Positions 1-12,047 of a stretch of DNA of 64,000 nucleotides are shown piece by piece. The position numbers and the translations under genes are program-made. Position 1 is the first letter of the stretch, and the number at the start of each line of letters is the position of its first letter. Source of the DNA: Selaginella moellendorffii (lineage: Eukaryota; Plantae; Lycopodiophyta); assembly GCF_000143415.4 (NCBI RefSeq), contig NW_003314340.1:424684-488683 (forward strand), written 5' to 3'. A model generated the notes under the pieces. That model ran no database searches, had not been told where the DNA came from, and was given only the letters and a program-made list of their open reading frames with translations.

Positions 1-27
1 TTCTCCGCTTGAGGCCACCTCTGTAAC

Positions 28-993
28 TTACTTGTTGACGAACTGGTCAGGCAACCGATCCTTCGTAACTCTGAAAAGCTCTTCTCCAGGTGGTCGATCT
101 TCACAAGCTTCCCACCGATGTGATCTGTGGCCTCTTCTTTCGTGGCAAGAAGGCTGCAAGCTCTGAGAGCCGCCATGAAAACTCTCCCATCTGGGGAGAT
201 GTGGCTTTCCTCGTCGTCTTCTTGGATCATCCGGAAGAAGAGATCCATCGCCAGCTTTGCGTCGCCACACTCGACGTAGCCGAGCAGCAGGGAAGTCCAC
301 GAAACCACATCTCGAGCGGCCATCCTATCGAAAACCATCCGAGCGTCCCACACTTCGTATAGATGTCCGCGAGAGCGTTGGTGATGAAAGCGTTGGAGTA
401 GCAGCAGCGAAGCGTGGACACTGCCCGAGAGTGGATCTCCATCGCCGTGCTAAGCGCCCGGACCTTGACGAGCTTATTCCTTCCGGAGCTTCCCTCGCTG
501 CCAAGCTCGAGCAGGCCCTGAGAGCCGCCACGAAAGCTCTCGAGTCCGGCGATGGTGTTGCGGAGCTCTCATCCTCCTCACTTCCATCGTTTCTTCTCAG
601 CCGGTGGAAGAGCTCCAGCGCGATCTCTCCCCGCCCAGCCTCGGCGTAGCCCAGCATGAGATTGACGAAGGAGGCGGCGTCGCGCCGGGGCATGGCGTCG
701 AAAACCCTGTGAGCGTCGACGAGGCTGCCGCATTTGGCATACATGTAGATGAGAGCTCCGCCCACGCGAGTGGTGGAGCTGAAGAGCGCGCTGGCGATGG
801 CGTCGCTGTGGAGCCTCTTGCCCCGCTCCAAATCCCTCGACGCCGCGCAAGCCTTGAGCGCCGTGAGGAGCTCGCGAGCCGCGGGCTTGTAGCTGGCGAT
901 GGCATCGCTGTGGAAATCTCTCGCGAGTGAGCGCTCGGCGCGAAGGAATGCGGCAGAGAACTCACCTCCCAGTCGCTTGGCCCAAAAAAGCAT
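28..993 (-). pseudogene. PLS-class pentatricopeptide repeat (PPR) pseudogene with at least two frameshifts
   Basis: PPR motifs ALIYMYAKCGSLVDAHRVFDAMPRRD (ORF 325..993) continue in a second frame (AMEIHSRAV...NALADIYTKCG) after about 480 and in a third frame (DARMVFDRMAARDVVSW) after about 345. Confidence 0.85.
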
Positions 994-1044
994 AACCTAA
1001 GAGAGAGGCGAATCTTTTAAGGTCCAAGAGCATATTCGTATAAA

Positions 1045-1690
1045 TCGTAGAATATCCTTATTCTCCACTCGTCAAACTTTTCCAAGTCCTTATCGAATGG
1101 ATTCTAAACAGGGATAGAAATTCTTGGAAGGCGCTCTAATCTAATCATCTGTTTCCTCCCATGCAGCGAATCTCCCGACTGGAGCATTCTCTAAGCAGCT
1201 GGCAGAGAAAGTTTGCGGGATTTCCCTAGGGCTGGGCCGAGGCTTGTTTGGGATGGTGACGAACGTCGGCTGGAATCCATACTTTTGACAATGCAGAGAA
1301 AACAGTGGTAGGTCGACTCTTGTGTTTGCTAGGAAGAAAGCTCAATTAGTACCACTACAGGAACCCTGGGCATTGCAAGGAAGATTTCTATGGAGAGGAA
1401 CTCTAGTGCCGAAAGTACCTAGTTCACGATGAAATGATTTTAAATGGAAATAACGGTTGTTTTGACGAATCACACACTCTTAGCATTTTCTTGCGTGTTT
1501 TTTACTGCTCCTTAAGATCCACAAGTTTAAAGCTCTAGCAGAACAAAGCGACCTCCTCCAATCGTTTCAACGAATCGCTGGAAAGAGTAGTCGCTGAGCT
1601 TTTCCAACGAAAGTCAATACAAAGTCAAACATGACAATGACTTTGAGACTTAACGTAGAATTTCGCGATTCTTATGTTTCCATTCGAGGG
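1045..1690 (+). pseudogene. Internally deleted duplicate of the 3286-6920 region (promoter motif plus riboflavin-kinase 3' exons and 3' flank)
   Basis: tcgtagaatatYcttattctccac occurs at 1045-1068 and 3286-3309. gcagcgaatctcccgactggagcattctc (1163) matches 6071; cgtcggctggaatccata (1264) matches 6184; actgctccttaagatccac (1504) matches 6660. Confidence 0.85.
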
Positions 1691-1912
1691 AGAGCAACAC
1701 GGCCTGGATCTTAAATACGAGCCGAGATCCAAATCCATGCCTGCCAGTGTAGCCCCTTCCCTCCTCCTACAACCTTCAGCGAAAAAATTCCAGCTCGATT
1801 TCTTTGGCAAGAGTATCGATCGCCTGCTCTTCCACGGAGCATAGCTCCGCACACACAATAAGAACAAGATGTCTGAAATAATCTTGAAAAGGTTTCAATT
1901 TCAATTTCAATT

Positions 1913-3181
1913 TCATCTGGTATAAATGGTAACCGGAATGTTGGCCACACATGTTGCTAGCTCTTGGAGCTCACTACGGTTGGCCTCATTCCCAAACAAG
2001 ACAATACTTTGCAAAGCTGGGCAGGATTGCACAAACTTATCCAGCAAGACACGGAATTGTAATGGTTTGCCGCAGGATACGTCTAAACACACCTTCCTTA
2101 GCCTCGGAAGTTCTTGAATCTCACTTGGAAAACCCCTGCTGCATTGGCATCTGCTTCCAAAACAGCTGAGGATCAACTCCTGGCACTCCTTAAACTGTTC
2201 CAACACAAACACCGCCCATGCGACCTCATGAGGACAAGATCGTCGACAGAATGGTCCATTGCACTCCAACCTCATAGCTTTGAAATGCATCCTTTCCATA
2301 GCGGCAACTGTCGTCTCCAGCGCACCCAATCTAAACGCAAGAGTTTCCAATGCGTTACATACAAGCTTAAGCACCCCGGGTACCTTCTCCGACTCCACAA
2401 ATGTCTCACAGTAGCCAAGCGACAGCTTCTTCAGGCGCGGAGCTCTCATCTTGAGCCTCTCGCAGTCACCAATGCAAGCGGTCTCTAGATTGGGAAGGTC
2501 CAACTCGATCAGGCCGCCCGCGCTGCCTGGCGTTTGAAGGCTCAACACTCTCAGGCTTGATGACGATAGGGAGCCCCAGAAGCCCCACACGTTTGCCGAT
2601 AGCTCTTCAAGCGCTGGGCATGCAGGCAGGAGCTCCGTCACGAGGTCTAGACCAAGCACATTGTCAAAGCTGCAACGCGCGAGAGCTGGAAATGTGAGGC
2701 TTAGCGGAGCCTTTCTGCGGTACATGAGCTCCTTGCCCATGGGCACAAAGCAAAGCCTGTAAAACCTCACGAACTTGAGCTTGGGACACGACTTGGAGAC
2801 CAGCTCTAGATCAAAGCAGCTGTACGGCGTGTACTCGTCGTTCTCAATCGTGAGCTCCTCCAGAGTGGCTGCAATGCTTGTGATCCATGAGTAGTTCATG
2901 TGTAGAGAGGAATTGTATCTGTGAATGACGAGCTTTCGGATGGATTGATGCACCAGCTTGAGACCCATGCCTCGTGGCTTGAGATTGATTGATACGAGAC
3001 CAACCTCCTCCTTGGCAATTCTGTGCCACCTCTTGCTCACCAGAGCGTACATGATGTTGTGACGCGCGCCAGGAAACCTGGTATGGGGTACCTTGTCCAG
3101 GATGAGCGCAAGAACAGCGTCCGGTAGGCTGTCAATGGTGGTGCCCTGATCGCCAGGAAGATCTGGACCTTGGACGTCCAT
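1913..3181 (-). CDS. Single-exon F-box/LRR-like protein
   Basis: N-terminal F-box IDSLPDAVLALILDKV...ALVSKRWHRI followed by CPKL/CPALEEL LRR-like repeats; 422 aa. Confidence 0.85.
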   Translation of the reverse strand: MDVQGPDLPGDQGTTIDSLPDAVLALILDKVPHTRFPGARHNIMYALVSKRWHRIAKEEVGLVSINLKPRGMGLKLVHQSIRKLVIHRYNSSLHMNYSWITSIAATLEELTIENDEYTPYSCFDLELVSKSCPKLKFVRFYRLCFVPMGKELMYRRKAPLSLTFPALARCSFDNVLGLDLVTELLPACPALEELSANVWGFWGSLSSSSLRVLSLQTPGSAGGLIELDLPNLETACIGDCERLKMRAPRLKKLSLGYCETFVESEKVPGVLKLVCNALETLAFRLGALETTVAAMERMHFKAMRLECNGPFCRRSCPHEVAWAVFVLEQFKECQELILSCFGSRCQCSRGFPSEIQELPRLRKVCLDVSCGKPLQFRVLLDKFVQSCPALQSIVLFGNEANRSELQELATCVANIPVTIYTR

Positions 3182-3355
3182 CCGGTTAGAATTTCCCTAG
3201 CCACGATCCTTTATCCTTTATCCTTTATAGCGTCGCTAAATACACAGTTGTAACCTAAAGGAGCCAATAATAGCATAACTCATACTCGTAGAATATTCTT
3301 ATTCTCCACGAATAAAGAATATCCATATTTCAAGCATAGCTAGGGCTTTGCTGCG

Positions 3356-4589
3356 ATGTCTCTCGCTCAGCTGCCTCCTGCGCGGCTCTTCTCTCCTCCT
3401 CCATCGGCGCAGCAGCGCGAGAATCGCTGCGGCGTTCATCGAAATCTCCATCGCCGCGGGTGTGCGCCTGCGAAATTCGTAGCGGCGGCGGCGCAGGATC
3501 AGAACGCGGAGCCGGATGAGTGGGATGTGAGCCGGAGCTGCGTGAATCCGGTGTTTAGAGGCCCCATTTTCCAGGTACGCCGCCTGCATTGTCTTGTTCT
3601 TGTGATGATCGAAGCTCTCAGGAGCCTAGCAAGGGCGAGCGGCTCTATGTTGTGTTTGCCAGCGAAGGGAATGTGTGCCGGTCTATACTTGCGGAGGCCA
3701 TTTTCAACAAGCTCGCGGAAGAATCCGGCCTCTCGGACCTTGTGGAATGCAAATCAAAGGTTCTCTTTTCTCTTCTTCCTTTTCATAGTTTTCTTTTCCT
3801 CGTTCTCAAGCTTTGTGTTGGTGGTTTGTTCTTCGTTTTCATGGCCAGGCTACAAAGGAGTACAATGTTGGTGAATCTCCGGAGCCTCAGGCTATCCAAG
3901 TCGCGGAGGAACGCGGGCTAAAGCTCCCGGATGGAGCAGTGTCTAAGATGTTTGAGAACCCCACAGACATCGTAGAGGCGGATTTGATCATTGTCATGGA
4001 CAAGGTAAGACAGAACTTTGTTTTTTTCTTTGATTACTGGAGTAGGATGCAGGGCTGCGGCCGGATATTGGATTCGGCAGTTCAATGCGTCGGACTTGCT
4101 GAAGCAAATAGTTTTGCAAGAGGTTGTTGACAAGAGGACTTCTTACTCGCACAAAGTACGTCGGCTTGGAGACTTTTGTAAATCGCGACTGGTAACTACA
4201 GCTTGCATCTTTTGCTGCTTCTTACCTTCTGATTTGCATTGAATGACAGATAGAAGATATAGATGATCCTCTTTACGGCAATATGGGAGGCCCGGAAGAA
4301 CTTGTGAGTTTTTTTGCCATTCGGGTGTCTCCTCCTAAGTTTTTTGTTCCTGCAGAACCTTGTAAGACAAGTGTATAATGATATTTTGGAGTCCTGCGAG
4401 GGATTGGTACATTATCTGTTGCAAGTGAAACGAAATTTACAAGGTTTGCTACTTTACTACCGGAAATTTTGACTCACCAGATATAACACCCGAACAGGAA
4501 CTCAAACTATGAAAGAGGGAGTGTCCAAGTTAGTCACTGAGCTAGGAACTATTGACTGGGTGGCACCACCTATGCTGCAACGCTCGTGA
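3356..4589 (+). CDS. Low-molecular-weight protein-tyrosine-phosphatase-like protein, probable plastid transit peptide, multi-exon
   Basis: P-loop-like VVFASEGNVCRSILAEAIF, ADLIIVMDK and IDDPLYG across short GT-AG introns; ends WVAPPMLQRS*. Confidence 0.85.
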
Positions 4590-4920
4590 TAAACCCAGAA
4601 CCTTGCAGATTTTGAGAAACGCGTCTTACTTTGCAACAGGAGAGCTTGTAACTTGTAAGTGAAGTGGTGTCAGTGCTTGCTACTAAGAGTTTTCTTTTTC
4701 CAGAACTGTGATACTGTAATCCAATACCTAGGAAGAGCATATGTTTTGCAAGTTAAAAAAAGGTTTGCTGCCGCATTCCAGTGAGCTTTTGTTGACCACG
4801 ATCTGTATTCAAGCAGGACTGAAAGAGCTAGGAACCAAGATTCTCTCGCAATATGCTTCCACTAGAGAGTTGGGATTTAGGAATTTAACCTTTTTTGTGC
4901 GCAAGGGTAGCAATCTGGCA

Positions 4921-6548
4921 ATGGAGGAGCCAATGTCGAATGTGATTTTCGATTTGGACGGGACATTGTTAGACACAGGTGGGTGGGTTTGCTTTGCTTT
5001 GCGTCGCTGCTCCGACACCATCGGCCTTGCCTTGCAGAGAGAATTGTGGACGAAGTGTGTGAGGAGTTTTTGGTAGCTAAATACGGCAAACAGTGGGATG
5101 GGAGGAACCTGGAGAAGCGGCTTGGCAAGAAGCCTCTTCAAGCTGCAGCCGCGATTGTGGAGGATTACGAGCTTCCTTGCACTCCGGAGCAGTTTTTGGC
5201 TGAAACCGTGGATCTAGTACGTGGAAGGTAGTAAATCTTTTACAGCTTCCTTTTTTCTGAGGTCATTTACAGGTTCCGAAACGCTAAAGCGCTCCCAGGT
5301 GCTAATCGTCTTCTCAAACATTTAGTTGCGCACAAGATACCAATTGCGATCGGCTCGAACAGTTATCGGAGTTTTATTGCAGAAAAACTCGCTCCACATT
5401 CAGGTAACTCGGTCTGGGTAGAAGCGTTCGTTTACATATTACGATTTTTCTCAGGCTGGACTGAAAATTTTCCGGTGATTGTGGCTGGGGATGAGGTCCA
5501 AGAACCCAAGCCTTCTCCACAAATGTAACTGGCACATTTATTTATTTATTTTTCCTGGCTTTTGTAAGAAAAAATATGTTCCCAGATTCTTGGAGGCCGC
5601 TAAACGACTCAATGCCACTCCAAGCTGCTGCCTTGTCATCGAAGACTCTCCGTAAGTTCAAAACCTCCACGTTAGTTCTTGGCATTTTGTGCTAACTATC
5701 CGACATTATAGAACTGGTATCACAGCAGGCAAAGCAGCAGGAATGAAAGTAGTGGCTGTTCCGTCTCTGCCATCCAAGGCCTCACGTCATTTGTACGCAT
5801 CTGCTGACCAAATTCTTTCGTCCTTGCTGGATTTCAAACCAGAGCTATGGGGACTTCCTCCATTTCAAGACTGTAAGTCATCTCATCACACTTTTCTCAG
5901 TCCTGATCGAATGGATTCTCAACAGGGATAGCAAATGCGCTGCCAATAGAGCCCTGGTACATCTCTGGACCCGTGATCAGAGGCTTTGGTCGAGGCTCCA
6001 AAGTCCTCGGAATTCCCACTGGTACGTAAAACTTCTTGCAAGGCGGTCTTGATCATTTGTTTCCTTCCGTGCAGCGAATCTCCCGACTGGAGCATTCTCC
6101 AAGCAACTAGCAGAGCAAGTTTGCGGGATTTATCTAGGCTGGGCGAGGCTTTCGGACAAGGGAGTGTTTAAGATGGTGATGAGCGTCGGCTGGAATCCAT
6201 ATTTCGACAATGCAGAGAAAACAGTGGTAAGTGCAAGTTTTACGTTTGTTAGGAAGAAGCTCAGTTGCTGCTACTACAGGAACCCTGGTTATTGCACGAA
6301 TTCCCGGAAGATTTCTATGGAGAGGAGCTCCGGCTCATTGTTGTTGGCTACATTCGTCCCGAGGTAAACAATCTTTATCCATTTCGTTTCAGAAACATCT
6401 GTCGACAATGGTTGTATCTGTCCAGGCCAATTTCTCGTCGCTAGAGGATCTGATTAACAAGATCCACGAAGATGGACGTATTGCCAAGGCGGCTCTTGAC
6501 GTGCCACCTTATTCGGCTTTTCAGGAGGACAAATTCTTGCAACAGTAA
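4921..6548 (+). CDS. FHY: Bifunctional FMN phosphatase (HAD) / riboflavin kinase
   Basis: HAD motif IFDLDGTLLDT; riboflavin kinase motifs GFGRGSKVLGIPT, ANL, MVMSVGWNPYFDN and GYIRPEANF. Confidence 0.95.
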
Positions 6549-7520
6549 GTGTTAGTGTTCACGATCATCGAATCAAAATGGAAATAACAGTTCCTTTGGC
6601 GAACTTGGGCCAAAGGAAGAAGAAACCAAACACTCTTGGCATTTTCTCGCGTGTTTTTCACTGCTCCTTAAGATCCACGCGTTTAAAGCTGTAGCAGAAC
6701 AAGGATGTTTCAACGAATCGCTGATAGAACCAAAAAGAAAATCTAGAGCCGTCATTGTAGAGTTTTTGAGCTCACAAAAGCTCGAAATGTCAACGACAGT
6801 CACTACATAGTCAATATTAGTCAAAACAAATCTTCAAAGACTATGTGGACTTTCATTGACTTAAACGTAGAATCTACGGCAACTTCTCGCGGGCACAGGT
6901 GTTCTTATGTTTCCATGTGAGTCTCATGGAAAATGCGTCTCAATTTCTCAAAGATGAATACTGCAAGATGGTTTGAGTAAACGAGTAGAAGCTTGCCTTC
7001 ATAACAAGAACCGAGATACCATTTTTGGCGAAATGATTGTGCTGCCCTTGGCATGGACGGCAGTAAGGATTTCTGACGAAGACGGAGGAAACAATATCAA
7101 AAACTCGTTTTGTTCCAGATTTCAGTTTTGGCACAGCTCTTCGATTGTCGGTGATATTTGATTATTATTTGAAGTTGTAACTTTAGGAAAATACGATCCT
7201 TCCGCTATAAAGACATCCTTCCCATTGACATCGAGAATTCACAAGAAACCAACCATCCGCCACTCCAATGTCATCCCTCACGCATTCGACTTGTACCTCT
7301 CCAGGCGTGGGTGCTCCCCTACGGTCGCATCCTTTCCTTCTGAATCAAAGCTTGTTCCTGTGCAAAAGGAGAATTGGTAGCTGCTTAATCCAGTGCTGCA
7401 TCCTGCTGTTCATGACAAGAGCTCTTTGAATGCAACCTTACAAACACAAACACAACACTTGCTAAAAACAATTCTATGCAATCCGGTTTTCGTCATGAAG
7501 TCAAAAGCTAGAACACGAGG

Positions 7521-7582
7521 TGAAGATGCGGGATATCTATCCCAGTGCCTAAGCGAGCGCTCTACCATCTGAGCTACATCCC
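7521..7582 (-). pseudogene. tRNA-Ala(AGC) pseudogene lacking about 10 nt of the 3' anticodon arm
   Basis: Minus strand reads GGGATGTAGCTCAGATGGTAGAGCGCTCGCTTAG^GCACTGGGATAGATATCCCGCATCTTCA, the plant tRNA-Ala pattern with CATGCGAGAG missing. Confidence 0.85.
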
Positions 7583-8295
7583 AAAATTTGCAAGCTTCTC
7601 TTTTATGTTCTGTTAACTAGGAAATCCAAGTAACCTTCTTGACGATGAGCAATCTGGACAGACCTAGCTCTATACTACTCTCGGCTTCTAGAAGGCATAG
7701 TTTGGAATATCATTTGTTTTAAGCAATATTGGAGATGATGATTGATTTTATTCCTTCAAAGTTCTACTACATTTTCTACCTAGGGAAACGTTTTTTTCTC
7801 GTCCTTGTCTTCTCCCTTCTCACGCTTCTCTTGATTGTCTCTCAGTTCCTTGTCTTCGGCCTTGTGCTTTTCTTCTCTCTGGTCATCCTTTTCCTTGTGA
7901 ATGTCATCCTTTAAATCAGCACGATCACACCTATTTTTGAAGTTGATGTTGATGTTGATATTGTTGTTGTTGTTCATGTGCTTGCGCACACCTTGCCCAA
8001 TATCATCACTGTCTTCCACAGAGTGCAAAAGAAATTTAGGAACTGATTGAGCTTGATGTGAATCTTGCTATTCATGAACTTCGACAGAGAAGAGCTCCCT
8101 CTTTGAAGAAGACAATGCAACCTTCACAAACACAAGCACAAGAAACACTAGAGCAGCCTGAGAAGAGACAACCTTCAAACAAGTATTGCTTGCTTGGTGA
8201 AGCAGGTTTATGGTCTAGCATGCATTTCATACATTGCCAAGTGTGTCTTCATGCAATTACATCTTTTGCTATACAAGATTTGCAAAATTAAGAAA

Positions 8296-8333
8296 TGGAG
8301 ATGTCGGGTATCGATCCCGATGCCTCTCGCATG
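8296..8333 (-). pseudogene. tRNA-Ala 3'-half fragment
   Basis: Minus strand reads CATGCGAGAGGCATCGGGATCGATACCCGACATCTCCA (3' anticodon arm, T arm, acceptor strand). Confidence 0.8.
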
Positions 8334-8358
8334 AAGATTCTCCAATATCGAGAAACCT

Positions 8359-9611
8359 TTAAATGGATCTCTGATTCCATAGCAAAACCTCGTCGCTCCC
8401 CAACACCTCTACGATTTTGATGTCTCTAATGAGCCCATAGAGCTCTCCAAAAACTGTAGAATTTGGATAGAGCATGATCCACTCGTCCCAAACTCGAGCC
8501 CACGAAAATCTCTCCTCCGACCACAGCATCTTGGAATTGAATGCCAATCCAGTCCACTCGTGAGCGGGGACACTTTGAACAAAAGCGATGCTGGTGTTGG
8601 AGGAATTGGACGAAAGCTCCCAGCCGCTGACTAGCTTCCCCGCAGAGCCAAAGGTTGTTCTTTGAGTGAAAACTCCATGTAAAGATGGTGAGGTCCTTGC
8701 GAGACCTGCTGGGAATGCCGCTACCCTCGCCACCTTTTGGAGTTCGTCAAAGAGATGGAGGCTGGCGGTGCTGTGCTCGTCGATGAAGACGATGATGCCT
8801 TCCATCTTATTTTCTCGTATGAAACTGGCCAAAAAGATTGATCTAGTTTGTAGAAAAGATAAGTCTAGAGAACTTACCTGAGACTTTGGATCCTTCTCGA
8901 CAACGCCATGGAAGAAGCCAGATCATCCATCCGCGGCTCCAGCAGCGCAAACTTCGTAGCGCGGCTCCTCGAGAGAACCTCTCTCGTGGTGTCTCTTTGG
9001 TGATCATTCGTGAAATTGGAGCATTCCATGACGATCCACGAGATGGAGGCCCGCGAGGCAGCGCAAGCCAGAGTGTTTGCCATGGCCCCCAATCTGAGCA
9101 ACACTTGCATTCTTCGCTCTCGCTGCTGGCCACCTTTGCAATCTCCCAGCGTGGTCACCACGATCACCTCTTGCTTCTTGTTCATGAGCTCTTCCTCCTC
9201 AAACGCCCTTCTCTGCTCGAGCTGGACGCGATCCATGATCGCCTGTGCGGCGGCAAGTTCGCGCGGATTTGGGTGAGGCCAGGGGCGGACGATGATCGGG
9301 TGGCGACCCGGATGGACGCAACTCGAGGGGGAGGAGCTCGCCATCGTCTTGGGTGGACTGGCCGCGCTCATAGCCATCCTTGGAGCTCCTCCGGTTCCAT
9401 GGCTAGCTATCGTGGACTCGAGCAACAGGGGTTGACCACGATTGGCGCGGTGGTAATCGCTGGAAGAAGAGAAGAGGATCAAGGAGAGCTCCATCCCCAG
9501 CATCAAGCTCGCGATGCAAGCCACTAGATGGACCGACACGCCCAACGCCGCGATCGACGAGAATCCACTGCTCCATCCACTCCAAATCATCAGAGAAGAG
9601 CCACTGCTCAT
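8359..9611 (-). CDS. Divergent glycosyltransferase family 43 protein, IRX14-like (two exons, intron about 8825-8877)
   Basis: IIVRPWPHPNPRE..AQAIMDRVQLEQRR, FIRENKMEGIIVFID, EWTGLAFNSKMLW and VLLW motifs; N-terminal transmembrane segment. Confidence 0.8.
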
Positions 9612-9988
9612 TGATTGCTAGCATTATCCTCCTCGAGAAAGAATCGATAGAAGAGAGAAAGGAGCTGGAGAAGTCGATCGATCGATGGAGGAGAAACGCT
9701 GTGGAGGGCGTGAACTCACTCCTGGGGCGTGCTATGCCAGTGGCAGTGTTTCCTCTGTACTAAAGTCACGGGCTTCATGGCATGGCCAACTTTCTTCCAT
9801 TCTTTTTAATTAAATTTCCCTGCTTTGCAGGTCTTTTTTCTTGTTTTTCTTTTTAATTTCTGCAAATGCCAGCAAAGGTGGCATAGCCCATCATTCTCTC
9901 CAAAGTGTTTGCCAACTCACACTAGCTATGGGGTTTTATTCATTCCACTGCCGTATGGACCACCTGGCTGATACTATACGATCGTATA

Positions 9989-12047
9989 CTAAAAGTTGGC
10001 AGACTTCCCCGTGGAGACCAAAAGGTTCCTTCTCGCGAGAGGTGGCTTGCCTGGAGCTTTGACAAGCTTCTCCCTGAGCCACGATTCAGAGGGTCCTCTT
10101 GGAACCGGAAGAGCAATGCTAGCACCATCGATCTCCTCCCGAAGATCACGACTATCATCGCTCTCTCCCCAGTAGATCCTCGCGTTTGATGGAGATTTGT
10201 CGTGATCCTCGCGATCTTCGGCTTCTCCGAAGGGGTTGTTCTTCGATGATCTCGGTGTGACTGTAGAACTGGCTGTGATCTTGGTCTTGGAAGGCACGTA
10301 GATGAACAGCCGATCTTCCTCCACACGCTGCTTGGATCCCATCGACGAGAAGCTCTCGTCTGGGATCACCACGCCTGGATGAATGCCTCTCTCGTCCAGA
10401 GCGTTCGCGCTCTTATTCCTGGACGACTTGATCATCGTCTTGACGGGCTTGGCTGGATCGAAAGTTTCCGTGAGAACTCCCTGCCGCATCTGATCGAGCG
10501 TGTCGAGGCAGAAAACTTTCTCCGTGGCCAGGCCGCCACTGTAGGAGTTCTGCCTCGAAGCTCGTCTCGAAAGTTGGATCGACGTGAGTGACTCGCTCGA
10601 ATCGCTCTCGTTTCCATTCGCTGGATTGCTGGTAGCGTTCCTGCTGTTTGTCTGGAACTTTGCGGCTGTTTTGCTGTCCGACTTGACGATGGGATACATT
10701 CGCTTGATGAACGTGGATCCAACTCGTCGGTCTCTCGGCATTCCCAGGAAGCCTTTGCTCTCCACCATGGCCGGAGATTTGAGACCGCCGCGGGATGGAG
10801 TGTAGCGGCAAGCCAAGTAACTGGTGTTCTTCCGAAACTCGCTCGATTCGTCCTCGAGATCATTCTCGTCGCGACCACCATCGCCACCCTGAAGGAAGCT
10901 CAAACTTGTGTCAAGAGTTTGGAATGAAAATGAAAAAACGTAAAAGAATTTGCTACTCACCTCGTCACTCCACCACTCCGTGCTGCAGCTTTCATCGCCG
11001 TCATCTTCGCAATCAAGACTTTCTCGTTCCACCTCCAACTTTTTCTTTGAAGCTCTCGCTCGTCGAGGAGAAGAAGAAGATCCCCTGCCTTCATTGCCGC
11101 TGGCTTGGATCATCCTGAGCAGCGGGAAGAAACCACAAACGCTGCCAACAATGGTGGTGTAGCGCTGGCTGGAGAGATCCCCGTCGCCACCCTCCGAGTC
11201 ACGAAGACCACCACTCCTCCTCGGCTCACTCCGAGAGTTTCCAGCATCGTCATGCATCTTGATCAGCTCTGCAAAGCTTTTCTTCTCCGGCCTTGGCGGT
11301 GGATGGTGGTGTTGTTCTTTGCGATACTGGTGGCCTTGCGGAGAAGGATGAGCGATCAAAGGCCTCCTCCACGCCAACTCTGTTTGCTGCGCCATCTCGC
11401 GAGCCACAGCCTTGGCCGCCGGCAAGAACCTTTGCATGATCATATCTCGATCGCTCGAGTTATACTCCACCATAGCCATAGCCTCCTCTTCGTTGCAATC
11501 CCACTCGCCACCATCTTCTCGATCTTCTCCCTCTTCCTCTCCTCCTCCAAGCTCACTCACCATATAAGTTGGAGCAATCGACAGCGTCTCGGTGTGAGCA
11601 AAGTCCGACCTCGCGTCCGCGAACTCCAAGAAGCTCGTCGTCTCTTTCCTTCCTTTCTTCTTGCTCGTTGTCTCTGGAGGTGGAGCGAGCACCAGGGCAG
11701 TAGCAGTAGTAGCATCTGATTGGTCTCCACCATAGCCAGTCACAGCGCGATCGTCTCCCTCGCGAAGAGCGATGGATTCGATGGGTGGCCGCGGCGGTGG
11801 CAGCTCCCAAGTGAAGAATGGAACCAAAGGCCGCTGGCTGAAGCTACTGCTGCGCCGGGAAGTCCTGGCGGAACTGCGAGGATTGGGATCGCCGCGAGAG
11901 CCACATTCCCCGGGCGCTCCATCTCGATTCCTTCGCACCGACAGCAATGGCGCATTCAAATCCAGCTGCTTCTTACCGACATTGCTCGCGGGCGCGGGCG
12001 CCCTCTTTGCGTCCTCGACGCCGCGGAATTCCTCGCCCCAGATCCAT
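9989..12047 (-). CDS. Plant DUF688 family protein (in-frame intron about 10890-10959; start uncertain)
   Basis: KQLDLNAPLLSVRR, VPFFTWELPP and C-terminal VPRGPSESWL motifs. Confidence 0.75.

Noticed and set aside
7729-8030. Hydrophobic and charged ORFs on both strands
   Set aside because: Low-complexity CTT/GTT-rich sequence; no family evidence.
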